Below, piece by piece: positions 50,103-58,447 of a stretch of DNA of 64,000 nt. The stretch comes from an uncultured archaeon (lineage in GTDB: Archaea; Aenigmatarchaeota; Aenigmatarchaeia; QMZP01; JACQNV01), in assembly GCA_964410585.1 (NCBI GenBank), contig CAYPFW010000001.1, positions 320,001 to 384,000 on the forward strand. The letters are read 5' to 3'. A program made the position numbers and the translations under genes. Position 1 is the first letter of the stretch. Each line of letters starts with the position of its first letter. The notes under the pieces were generated by a model, which was not told the DNA's origin, ran no database searches, and was given only the letters and a program-made list of their open reading frames with translations.

Positions 50103-50206
50103 CGATTACCTCTCTCATGAATAAGTATTCTATAAATAGCAGGGGAGGGTTTATATATTTGAATTCAGATCCCCTAGTAATTTATTTCTGCCTATTAAAT
50201 AAGTCA

Positions 50207-51025
50207 ATGAAACTTTCTGTTCTTACTTGGAATATTTGGGACACCCCATACTTTGGCTCTAGAAAAAACAGCCAGAGGTTGGACAGTTTTATTGACTATT
50301 TGTATATGAGAGTGCCTGAGATTATTTTTATCCAGGAATCTTTTGATCCAAGCAGAAGGGCTGTCTTTCTTTCAAATTTAGAAACATGTGCTCTCGGTTA
50401 CAATGTGCCAAAAAATGCTAGCGAAGAGAGGAGGATTCTGGGACTGATCCCATTTTTTGATGCAACAGGCGGACTTATCACACTTTCCAAATATCCAATC
50501 ACATCTTCTGATTTTCATGCGTTTGAGACGAGTGGAAGAAGCTTTGATGAGAGGTTTTGCGGAAAAGGATATACAAAAACTTTTGTAAATACACCAAACG
50601 GAGAGGTTCTTGTTGTAAATACACACCTATCAAATAGGCCGCAGGATGTGGAAATAAGAGTAGCTCAACTAGAACAGTTGCTGCAAGAACTAAGAGATGT
50701 TGAGGCTCCTATTTTTCTTGGAGGAGATTTCAATACAACTAGATTCTTAGATGGAACAGGAGAGCAAACAGAAGAATTTGAGATGATTGAAGACGCTGGT
50801 TTCGCAGATAGTTTAGTTGGAAGGGAAGAGGATTTTGAAACCTTTTCCCATAGCAATGTGTATAGCCACTATCCTGAACATGGAAGAATTGATTTTGTTT
50901 TCTACAAGGAAGGAAAAGAAGTTAGAATAAATCCCCGAAGATCCCAAATGCTTGGAACAGATATACCAATTTCAGACCACTATGGATATTTGGCTGAGTT
51001 TGAAGTTGGTAGAGAAAAAGTTTAG
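50207..51025 (+). CDS. Endonuclease/exonuclease/phosphatase (EEP, sphingomyelinase-like)
   Basis: LTWNI, QE, SKYPI, NTHL, GDFN, RID and SDH motifs. Confidence 0.9.
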   Translation: MKLSVLTWNIWDTPYFGSRKNSQRLDSFIDYLYMRVPEIIFIQESFDPSRRAVFLSNLETCALGYNVPKNASEERRILGLIPFFDATGGLITLSKYPITSSDFHAFETSGRSFDERFCGKGYTKTFVNTPNGEVLVVNTHLSNRPQDVEIRVAQLEQLLQELRDVEAPIFLGGDFNTTRFLDGTGEQTEEFEMIEDAGFADSLVGREEDFETFSHSNVYSHYPEHGRIDFVFYKEGKEVRINPRRSQMLGTDIPISDHYGYLAEFEVGREKV

Positions 51026-51110
51026 TGGAAGCCGTAAAATTTTCTGAGCCACAGCGAAGGAAAATTTAGGCTCCTGTTTTTGCATAAGCTTTTTTCCCAG
51101 AAAAAGCTTA
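51026..51110 (+). repeat. Dispersed repeat family B, filling the space between the EEP stop and the rps11 stop
   Basis: TGGAAGCCGTAAAATTTTC..GAAAATTTAGGCTCC..TAAGCTTTTT..AAAAAGCTTA. Confidence 0.9.
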
Positions 51111-51503
51111 CACTCTTCGTCCTCTTCTTCCACCCTTGGCCCTCGTTGCGTCGTGTGGTATTGGTGTTGAGTTTTCTATAGAAAGAACTCTTAATCCTGA
51201 CCTAAGCAAAGCTCTTATTGCTGGCTGAGCACCTTCGCCTGGGATTCTTTTTTTGTTTCCGCCCTGTGCTCTGATTTTAAGATGAACAGCATTTATTCCT
51301 TTTGCTACAGCCTCTTCCCCTGCTTTCTTAGCCGCAAGCATTGATGGAAAAGCCTTTCCCTTATCTTTATCCCTGTTTGTCATCATTCCACCAGAGAACC
51401 TAGATATTGTTTCAGCTCCACTGATGTCTGTTATGTGGACTATTGTATTATTTGAGGATGAAAAAATATATGCAACCCCAAGTTTCTGTCTTTGTTCTGC
51501 CAT
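51108..51503 (-). CDS. rps11: 30S ribosomal protein S11 (uS11)
   Basis: [18 protein letters not shown] and GGRRGRRV motifs. Confidence 0.97.
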   Translation of the reverse strand: MAEQRQKLGVAYIFSSSNNTIVHITDISGAETISRFSGGMMTNRDKDKGKAFPSMLAAKKAGEEAVAKGINAVHLKIRAQGGNKKRIPGEGAQPAIRALLRSGLRVLSIENSTPIPHDATRAKGGRRGRRV

Positions 51504-51545
51504 ATTGAGTGAAAAGCCATTATGTTATAATGGCCAGCTACTGAA

Positions 51546-52079
51546 CTACTGATTACCTCCTTCTTTTTCTGCAGGAGCTACTGGTTCTGCTGCAGGCTTT
51601 TCTTTAGCATGGAATTTCTTAGTCGAACCTTCAAACATTCTCAGTTCTGCTTCCTCACTAACAGGAAGAAGATATGAAGGGAAGTTAACTGTCCTTCCAC
51701 CAACTTCTATGTGACCATGAGCAATCATTTGCCTTGCTTGTTTTTGAGTTTTTGCAATGCCTTTTTTGAAAACAAGCGTTTGAAGCCTTCTGTTCAAAAT
51801 TGTCTGCAAGCTTAAAGATAAAACATCATCAAGTGTGGCATTCTCTTTGACCATACCCAATTGTACAAGCTTGTCTATAAGCTCTTTTTCTTTTTTCTTA
51901 TCTTTCAGGGCTGTAAGTTCTCTTGCCCTTGTTCTGAACTCCCTCAAAATACTTTTAGCTCTCCATATTTCTCTTTTTCTTCTAAGACCGAACTCTTCTA
52001 AGATTTTTTTATCCTCAGCTATAAGATTTGCATTCCAAATCATTCGCGGTCTTCTGGATTTGTTTTTAATATTTCGCAT
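51546..52079 (-). CDS. rps4: 30S ribosomal protein S4 (uS4)
   Basis: FGLR.KREIW, RRLQT and ARQ.I.HGHI motifs. Confidence 0.96.
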   Translation of the reverse strand: MRNIKNKSRRPRMIWNANLIAEDKKILEEFGLRRKREIWRAKSILREFRTRARELTALKDKKKEKELIDKLVQLGMVKENATLDDVLSLSLQTILNRRLQTLVFKKGIAKTQKQARQMIAHGHIEVGGRTVNFPSYLLPVSEEAELRMFEGSTKKFHAKEKPAAEPVAPAEKEGGNQ

Positions 52080-52222
52080 AACCTTTTGTCCCAAATCTGC
52101 ATCTCCAATTATATTGTTGCAGAGATGTCTCGTGTCCTACGCACTCTGCGAGACACGAAGGTTAATCAAAACAGGAGCCTATTTTTTCTTCGTCTGCTGA
52201 CTCGAAAAAATTGCGGCTTCCA
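52079..52222 (-). repeat. Repeat family B with a family C insertion (52095-52157) in its terminal hairpin
   Basis: The minus strand reads TGGAAGCC..GGCTCC..TAACCTT[C element]TTGGGACAAAAGGTTA, running into the rps4 ATG. Confidence 0.88.
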
Positions 52223-52240
52223 CCGACTAACCTCAATTTA

Positions 52241-52828
52241 TTATTTTTTGCCTCCTGCAGGTGCAGCTGCTGGTGCTTCTTTCTTATGTGCGACACCAAC
52301 TGTCCTTCCTTTTCTACCAGATGATTTTGTCCTCTGTCCTCTAACAGGAAGACCATATGAATGTCTTATTCCCTTGTATGATTTCATTTTCTTCATTTTG
52401 TTTATGTCTGTATTTTTTACCAAGTCTAATTGTGAAACAATTAAATGTGATGTTAGTCCTGTTTCTGGATCCCTTCTTCTGTTTGTGATCCATGGTGGCA
52501 GATTGTATTTCAGAGGATTTGTGATCATATTTTCCAATTCATTGATTTCTGCTTCAGAAAGATCAGCTAATTTTTTTTCAGCAAATGGACAGACGTGTGT
52601 AATTGCATTTGCGAACATAAAACTGACGCCTTTTATTTGTCTTATCCCTTTGCTCAAGCTTAGATTGCCATCCAAATCTGTTTCTAGAAACCTAACTATT
52701 TGCTCAGCTCTTTTTTCTTTTGGTTTTCCAGATTCTTTTTCTTTTAGTTTTTTCTCTGCCTTTTGCTGTTCTATTTCCTTTCTTCGTGCTTCCTTTTCAG
52801 GATCTTCCTTAACCTTATCTTTACCCAT
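52241..52828 (-). CDS. rps13: 30S ribosomal protein S13 (uS13)
   Basis: IKGV, P.W..NRR.D.ETG and SYKGIRH..GLPVRGQRTKS motifs. Confidence 0.97.
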   Translation of the reverse strand: MGKDKVKEDPEKEARRKEIEQQKAEKKLKEKESGKPKEKRAEQIVRFLETDLDGNLSLSKGIRQIKGVSFMFANAITHVCPFAEKKLADLSEAEINELENMITNPLKYNLPPWITNRRRDPETGLTSHLIVSQLDLVKNTDINKMKKMKSYKGIRHSYGLPVRGQRTKSSGRKGRTVGVAHKKEAPAAAPAGGKK

Positions 52829-52943
52829 TAACTCACCAAATAGATTGTTTATTAGGAATGATATATTAGGGATTTATATATTTATAAATGATAAGAGCGT
52901 GCAGCCCTAAGCAAGCCTTTCAAATATTGGTTTCTGAATTTTA

Positions 52944-53181
52944 TGCGGGAGGTGAGATTTTCAGGTTCATTTTGTATAGTAGTTTCTTTGAACGTGCAGG
53001 GCTTTCTTTTCTAAAGAAAGCGGTGCTTTTGAACTCACGAAGTCATTTCTCATCCTTTTCCGGGCGCGCTTTGGTTTATGCACAGAAAAGGGTGCTAAGA
53101 CACAAGGCCCTCAACCTTGCAGAAAGGGTCCAAAAACAATGACTCTATATTGTTTTTGTTTGGCCACTATCTGACCCCCGC
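52944..53181 (-). tRNA. tRNA-Leu(GAG) with three non-canonical introns (21/22: 53125-53159; variable arm: 53045-53095; 59/60: 52958-53027)
   Basis: Acceptor GCGGGGG/CTCCCGC plus A73; anticodon arm CAAGG-TT-GAG-GG-CCTTG; spliced V arm GUC-UUA-GAC; T arm GTGAG-TTCAAAT-CTCAC. All three junctions fit BHB/BHL geometry. Confidence 0.87.
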
Positions 53182-53196
53182 ATTTTATTTTGTAGA

Positions 53197-53243
53197 GTAG
53201 TTTTTTGGGTACGGTAGCCTTCTTTTTCTAAAAGAAGGGTAAC
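53197..53243 (-). repeat. Dispersed repeat family A, just upstream of tRNA-Leu
   Basis: GTAGTTTTTTGGGTACGGTAGCCTTCTTTTTCTAAAAGAAGGG. Confidence 0.8.
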
Positions 53244-53304
53244 TTTATATATACATCATCTTATTATATACCAATTATAAATTCTAATTAGAGGCCTGAA
53301 AATT

Positions 53305-54084
53305 ATGCATGTATCTGTTTTGAGCAAATCTGACCAAAAAATTGAGTTTGTTTTGTCTGACACAACACCTGCTTTTGCAAACGCTTTAAGGCGGGCAATG
53401 ATTTCTGAGGTGCCAACTTTGGCTGTAGATTATGTTGATATTTTGGACAACACATCTGTTTTATTCAATGAAGTTTTGGCTCACAGGATTGGCTTGATGC
53501 CTCTTGAATTTGAGTCTGGAAAATTAAACAAAGTTGAAGATTGCAAATGTGAAGGAAAAGGATGCGGCTTGTGTCAAGTTGTTTTGGCATTGGAAAAAAC
53601 AGGCCCTTGCATGGTCTACTCAAAGGATTTTAAATCAGCAAACAAGGATGTCAAACCAGTTGATGGTGATATAGTTATTGCAGAGCTTCTAGAAAACCAG
53701 TCTTTGAAATTAGAGGCGACAGCAAGGTTGGGTACAGGAAGAGAGCATGCAAAATGGCAAGCTGCAGTTGTCGGCTATCAATATTATCCTGATGTTGAAG
53801 TGTCAAACCAAGCAAAGGCAAAGAAATTTGCATCTGACAATAAACTTGAATTTTTAAACAGCAAATTGGAAGTTGAAGACGCCAGGACAATTGATGTAAT
53901 TGGCACAAAAGATCCAGAGGGAAGCTTTGAAATAAAAGGCAACCCAAAGAAATTTGTTTTCACTGTTGAAACTATTTCTGGCCTTGGTGTGAGCGATATT
54001 GTTTTACAGGCACTGAATGTTTTGGAAGAAAAAGCAACTGAATTCAGAAAACAACTCAAAGCACTGAAGGCTGAAGCTGCTTGA
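53305..54084 (+). CDS. rpoD: DNA-directed RNA polymerase subunit D (Rpo3)
   Basis: ANALRR.MISEVPTLA, NTS.L..E.LAHR.GL.PL and HAKWQ motifs. Confidence 0.97.
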   Translation: MHVSVLSKSDQKIEFVLSDTTPAFANALRRAMISEVPTLAVDYVDILDNTSVLFNEVLAHRIGLMPLEFESGKLNKVEDCKCEGKGCGLCQVVLALEKTGPCMVYSKDFKSANKDVKPVDGDIVIAELLENQSLKLEATARLGTGREHAKWQAAVVGYQYYPDVEVSNQAKAKKFASDNKLEFLNSKLEVEDARTIDVIGTKDPEGSFEIKGNPKKFVFTVETISGLGVSDIVLQALNVLEEKATEFRKQLKALKAEAA

Positions 54085-54176
54085 TGCACTGATTTCTAAG
54101 AAATATTAATTTGATTGGAACATCTATATTTCTTTTTTCAAAAAAGTATAATACCCAAAGATTTACAAATTATAAT

Positions 54177-54374
54177 CTAATGTCTCGTCGCCACAGCAAC
54201 AGATATCCAAAACAAGCCAGCAATCAAAAACGATGCGAGTGCAATCACCAAAGCAAAAATATAAGAAAATTGTGATACGCCTGTTGTTAATTCTAAATTA
54301 TTCAAAATCCATGATCCAAAAAGTATGAATACCCCACCCAATACCCAGAATAAAATAAGCTTTGGTGCATTCAT
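54177..54374 (-). CDS. Small two-TM membrane protein
   Basis: Two hydrophobic helices. Confidence 0.6.
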   Translation of the reverse strand: MNAPKLILFWVLGGVFILFGSWILNNLELTTGVSQFSYIFALVIALASFLIAGLFWISVAVATRH

Positions 54375-54417
54375 GTTAATAATTGTGTAGCTATGCTATA
54401 AATGCCTTTCTGCAGAA

Positions 54418-54450
54418 TTAACTAGCACCAGCTTGCAAAACTTCAACCTT
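54418..54450 (-). repeat. Duplicate of the rps3ae 3' end (att-like direct repeat of 55023-55055)
   Basis: Both copies encode KVEVLQAGAS-stop; 29/33 nt are identical. Confidence 0.85.
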
Positions 54451-54493
54451 ACGAATTTTTACCTTTTTATTAACACACATTGTCAATATATTT

Positions 54494-54748
54494 ATGACTT
54501 ATGATATTATAGTTTCGCCTACAGCTGAAGAGGATTTGAAAAAATTTGATGGCGAGATGCAAAGACGTTTTTACAATAAAATAGAAAAGCTCAAGGATTA
54601 TCCAAAAATTTACGGAAAACCGCTACGAAAACCGCTTCAAGGCAAATGGGAGCTTCGGTTTGAGAAGAGATGGAGAATTGTGTATGAAACGTACGATAAT
54701 GAAAAACTTGTAAAAATAGTGGCCATTTGGCACAAAGATGAGTTCTAA
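54494..54748 (+). CDS. RelE/ParE family toxin
   Basis: A.EDLKK, GKPL...L.G.WELR and WRIVY motifs. Confidence 0.9.
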   Translation: MTYDIIVSPTAEEDLKKFDGEMQRRFYNKIEKLKDYPKIYGKPLRKPLQGKWELRFEKRWRIVYETYDNEKLVKIVAIWHKDEF

Positions 54749-54939
54749 AAACCAAGCTCTTTCTTAAGGTCTTCAAGCTTTTTTCCCTTCCCAGCTTTGA
54801 GCTCTGCTTCGCCTTTTGCTATTTTTTGCATAGCTTCGGGACTGGACAAAGTTTCGATTGTGGCCTTCATACTCTCATACTCATCTAAGGATAGAGTAAT
54901 CCACTCTGTTTCGTGCTTGCTATGAGCTAATTTTTGCAT
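54745..54939 (-). CDS. Phd/YefM-like antitoxin (C-terminal type)
   Basis: LSLDEYESM.ATIE.LS..AM..I..G motif. Confidence 0.75.
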   Translation of the reverse strand: MQKLAHSKHETEWITLSLDEYESMKATIETLSSPEAMQKIAKGEAELKAGKGKKLEDLKKELGF

Positions 54940-55022
54940 ATTATCACAAACATAATTTGTATTAAGGTTATATATTCTTTTGGAACGAAACAATTAGCGA
55001 CGTTAAAACTAAGTTCTCAAAA

Positions 55023-55667
55023 TCAGCTAGCACCAGCTTGCAAGACTTCAACTTTGTGGATCTCTGTGAACCGGACTGGATAAATAGATGAAATGTCTTT
55101 CCTTATTTTTTTCTGATAAGTGTTTGATAAAACACTCTTAATAAATTCTTCTAAACTTGTTTCTTCAACTGATTTACTCAAGAGACTTGCTATTTCCTTC
55201 CTTATTTTTGCTCGAACACTCGACTCAACTTTCCTATTCAAAATAGTTGTAGAGGAAACTTGCAAAACCCAGTTATCTTTTGTTTTAACTTCATCAAAAG
55301 ATTCAACCTTTTCCAAACCAGCCCTTACATTCCTTGATATATATTCCTTCAAGGTTTCTAGAGAATGGAAACTTGTTGATGCCCTTTTGTCTTTTACGTC
55401 ATCTACTGTGAAAAATAATTTCATGTAATTTTTTGATTTGTCTCCTGTCAAATCAGAAGCCAAAGCTGGGACAACTCTTCCAATTAAACTTTTTGGATCT
55501 GTTGCAGGCGATTCTGCCAAGAAATTTTCACCGAAAAATTTAGGAGCCAAAATACTGTACCAGTCCTTGCCCTTCCATTTTTTTATTAATTGTGCTTTTT
55601 CTTCTGTCGTGTTCTGAGCTTTCTTCTCTACTGGTTTCTTCTCCTCTTGAGCTTGTTCCTTTGCCAT
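55023..55667 (-). CDS. rps3ae: 30S ribosomal protein S3Ae (eS1)
   Basis: KWK.K.WY...AP..F, GR, DLTGD and IYP motifs; GAGGT SD. Confidence 0.95.
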   Translation of the reverse strand: MAKEQAQEEKKPVEKKAQNTTEEKAQLIKKWKGKDWYSILAPKFFGENFLAESPATDPKSLIGRVVPALASDLTGDKSKNYMKLFFTVDDVKDKRASTSFHSLETLKEYISRNVRAGLEKVESFDEVKTKDNWVLQVSSTTILNRKVESSVRAKIRKEIASLLSKSVEETSLEEFIKSVLSNTYQKKIRKDISSIYPVRFTEIHKVEVLQAGAS

Positions 55668-57189
55668 TTGCATTTACCTCGGATGGTTTATTTAGATCTT
55701 CTTTATTTAAATCTTTGCTAAGACCAACTGCTATGTTGTTTTGGTCTGGCTCAACTGGTTTTGGGGCCCCTAAATCAGAAGGTTTGAGCCCTTTGAGCTT
55801 GAGTTGATCGATAAGTAATTGCTCTGCACACTTTATAAATTCTTTTTCAGAGCCTTTTGGAATTGTCCCTCCGGATGCAGCTGAATGGCCACCGCCCTCG
55901 CCACCCAAATATTTACAGGCATCATACAAGACTTCTTTTAAATTTATGCCTTTTTTAATTAGAAAATCACTTGACCGCGCTGAAATTTTCACACCCCTCT
56001 CAGAATTTGAAAATCCAAACAAAACCCTTTTTTCATCCCATGTTTTGTGCAGGATCGAAATCACATTTGAGATAAGATGTTCTGATATTTTGTCTTCTGA
56101 AACTATATAATCGCCTATTTCACCTTTCAATACAGAATCCTTGTTTGAATAAACCCATTTGAGGCCTTCACCTATTTTCCTCCTATATTTGTCTAGGATA
56201 GAATGTATTTCAGAAAAAGCAGATGGATCATTCAAACACAAACCAATTCCTATAGGCGCTTTTCCTAATTTTCCGCAAGCATTTATCATTGTCGCAAACT
56301 CATTTGCGTTGTTGAATTCTGGGGGCTTTGTTGTCAACTCATATATTTCACCAAATATCCAATCTGGGTTCTGGTGATTTGAATGTATGCGCTGTATGAT
56401 GATTGCAGATGCTAATTTTTTTTCTTCGTCAAAAGTCAAGTCAGAAAGTGTCCTCCAACCTTCTCCCATTTTTGGGTCTATGCATATTTCCTGCAAAAAC
56501 TGTATTGCCTGCGACTCTGATCCCGTCACTTCAGGGATATAAGGATCAATAGACAGCTCAAGCGCCTTGTGTATTGGCCTGCTATTCCTTCCCCAAATTC
56601 TCAGGCCCTTTGAGACTTTGATTTTTTTTGCAGCTTTTGCATCTTTTAGGATTTCAGAGTTTATTCCATAAACACCCCAATGAGGACCTATTGAACCAAC
56701 TTGGGAATCACCAATTGCTCCAATTATTGCAATTTCAGATAAGTCTTTGTTTTCAGGACTGATTGCCCGAGCAACAAGATATGCAACACCTGAAGAAGAT
56801 ATGTCGCCTTCCACACCAAATTCAATTGGATTGACAAAAACAATTCTAGGGCCAACATCGCCTTGTTTTAAGTGGTGATCAATTATTATCACATCCTTGT
56901 CTAGCAGATATTGGTTTATCTCTTTTAGCTTTCCAGAACCAAAATCAACAAATATTATTAGGTTCTCTTTGCAATTGGCTAGCTGCGCAACTTGCTCTGC
57001 GTTTATTTGTTTTGTGTTTGTCAAATGGAAGCTTTTCCCTTCTCTCAAAAGAGCCTTCACCAAAATAGCAGATGCTGTGATACCATCACAATCATAGTCT
57101 GCCAAAATCCTTATCGTGCCTTCATGCTTTTTAATTATTTCAGCTGCTTGCTTTGCTCTTCTAACAAGGCTTTCAATTTTTTCTAACAT
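55540..57189 (-). CDS. RecJ/Cdc45-like DHH phosphoesterase (GAN-like)
   Basis: D.DG, D.GSG, DHH, GAIGD and GGGH..A.G (DHHA1) motifs; linked to rps3ae as in many archaea. Confidence 0.9.
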   Translation of the reverse strand: MLEKIESLVRRAKQAAEIIKKHEGTIRILADYDCDGITASAILVKALLREGKSFHLTNTKQINAEQVAQLANCKENLIIFVDFGSGKLKEINQYLLDKDVIIIDHHLKQGDVGPRIVFVNPIEFGVEGDISSSGVAYLVARAISPENKDLSEIAIIGAIGDSQVGSIGPHWGVYGINSEILKDAKAAKKIKVSKGLRIWGRNSRPIHKALELSIDPYIPEVTGSESQAIQFLQEICIDPKMGEGWRTLSDLTFDEEKKLASAIIIQRIHSNHQNPDWIFGEIYELTTKPPEFNNANEFATMINACGKLGKAPIGIGLCLNDPSAFSEIHSILDKYRRKIGEGLKWVYSNKDSVLKGEIGDYIVSEDKISEHLISNVISILHKTWDEKRVLFGFSNSERGVKISARSSDFLIKKGINLKEVLYDACKYLGGEGGGHSAASGGTIPKGSEKEFIKCAEQLLIDQLKLKGLKPSDLGAPKPVEPDQNNIAVGLSKDLNKEDLNKPSEVNANGKGTSSRGEETSREESSEHDRRKSTINKKMEGQGLVQYFGS

Positions 57190-57194
57190 ACTCC

Positions 57195-57368
57195 CCCTTT
57201 TTTCCCGAAAGAATCTGCATCTCCAACACCATTGGTGCAGAGATGTCAGCATCTCACGGAGTGTGTTGGATGCTGAGATGTCTCAGTGTCCTATGATATT
57301 GCTGAGACACTGATCTCGTGCTCGCCTTCACAGTCGAGACACGAAGTGGTAAGATATCCCAAAGAAAG
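57195..57368 (+). repeat. Repeat family A interrupted by a four-module family C element (57213-57343)
   Basis: CCCTTTTTTCCCGAAAGA[ATCTGCATCTC...GAGACACG]AAGTGGTAAGATATCCCAAAGAAA. Confidence 0.85.
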
Positions 57369-57457
57369 GGATATACATTCCAATAAACACCTTTCAAATA
57401 AAATAAGATGTGATAGTTATTTCTTCGATTTATTAATTTGGAAAGGCAACTAATTCA

Positions 57458-58447
57458 ATGATTGAGTATATTTTGTTTGTTGTTGGGTTTGTTTTTTTAG
57501 TCAAGGGTGCGAGTTTTTTGGTTGATGGTTCATCATCAATTGCAAAGAAATTAGGCATAGCCCCCATTGTCATAGGCCTCACTCTTGTTGCTTTTGGAAC
57601 ATCTTTCCCTGAGCTAGCAGTAAACATTTTTTCAGTTTCAACTAGCGATGAAATCCCAATAGGAAACATTGTTGGAAGCAACATAACAAACATACTTTTG
57701 ATTTTGGGTTTGGCCGCATTAGTATATCCTATTTCAATACCCAAAAACACTATATGGAAAGAGATCCCATTTAGCCTAATTGCTGCAATCATTTTGGTTA
57801 TAATTGCAAACGATTTTATTTTGAGTGGACTACCCCCTATTCTAAGCAGGGGAGATGGCTTGCTTTTACTTGTTTTCTTTTTGATTTTCCTCTATTATAT
57901 TTCCATCCTAGTCAGAACACGTCATCTAGATAATGTTACTAAGTTTATCAGGGGGTCTGTTAGTTTAGAAAAGCAAGTCCAAATAAAAACATATCCAAAT
58001 TATTCGTCCTTCTTGATGATTTTGATTGGGTTGATTGGTTTAGTTATTGGTGGAAAATGGGTTGTTGATGGTGCTATTTTTATTGCAAACCAGTTCAGCG
58101 TAAGCCAGGCCCTAATATCGCTTTTGATTGTTGCTATTGGAACATCCCTTCCAGAACTTGCAACATCAATTGTAGCGATGAGAAAAAGAAGATCTGAAAT
58201 AGCAATAGGAAATATAATAGGCTCAAATATTTTCAACATCTTTTTTATTTTAGGTATCAGCTCAACAATAAGACCAATAAATTTCCCACAAATTTTAAAT
58301 TTTGATATAGTAATGGTTGTTGCATCAACGCTTTTACTCTTTGGGTTTATGTTTATAGGAAAGAAAAACACCCTGAATAGGTGGCAAGGACTAGCCTTCC
58401 TGCTTTTTTATGTGGCATATATTCTATTTATTTTCTACAGGGGTTGA
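57458..58447 (+). CDS. Ca2+/Na+ antiporter (YrbG/NCX family)
   Basis: Two alpha repeats, GTSFPE..GNIVGSN and GTSLPE..GNIIGSN. Confidence 0.95.
   Translation: MIEYILFVVGFVFLVKGASFLVDGSSSIAKKLGIAPIVIGLTLVAFGTSFPELAVNIFSVSTSDEIPIGNIVGSNITNILLILGLAALVYPISIPKNTIWKEIPFSLIAAIILVIIANDFILSGLPPILSRGDGLLLLVFFLIFLYYISILVRTRHLDNVTKFIRGSVSLEKQVQIKTYPNYSSFLMILIGLIGLVIGGKWVVDGAIFIANQFSVSQALISLLIVAIGTSLPELATSIVAMRKRRSEIAIGNIIGSNIFNIFFILGISSTIRPINFPQILNFDIVMVVASTLLLFGFMFIGKKNTLNRWQGLAFLLFYVAYILFIFYRG

Noticed and set aside
52086-52910. Long antisense ORFs such as the 274-aa ORF opposite rps13 and 24135-24740 opposite aRF1
   Set aside because: These are shadow ORFs of conserved genes.
52888-53142. 84-aa plus-strand ORF
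   Set aside because: It is antisense to the intron-containing tRNA-Leu and shows no protein-like features.
57213-57343. Mini-CRISPR interpretation of the family C array
   Set aside because: The units are non-identical, the variable parts are only about 11-13 nt, and no cas genes are in the window.
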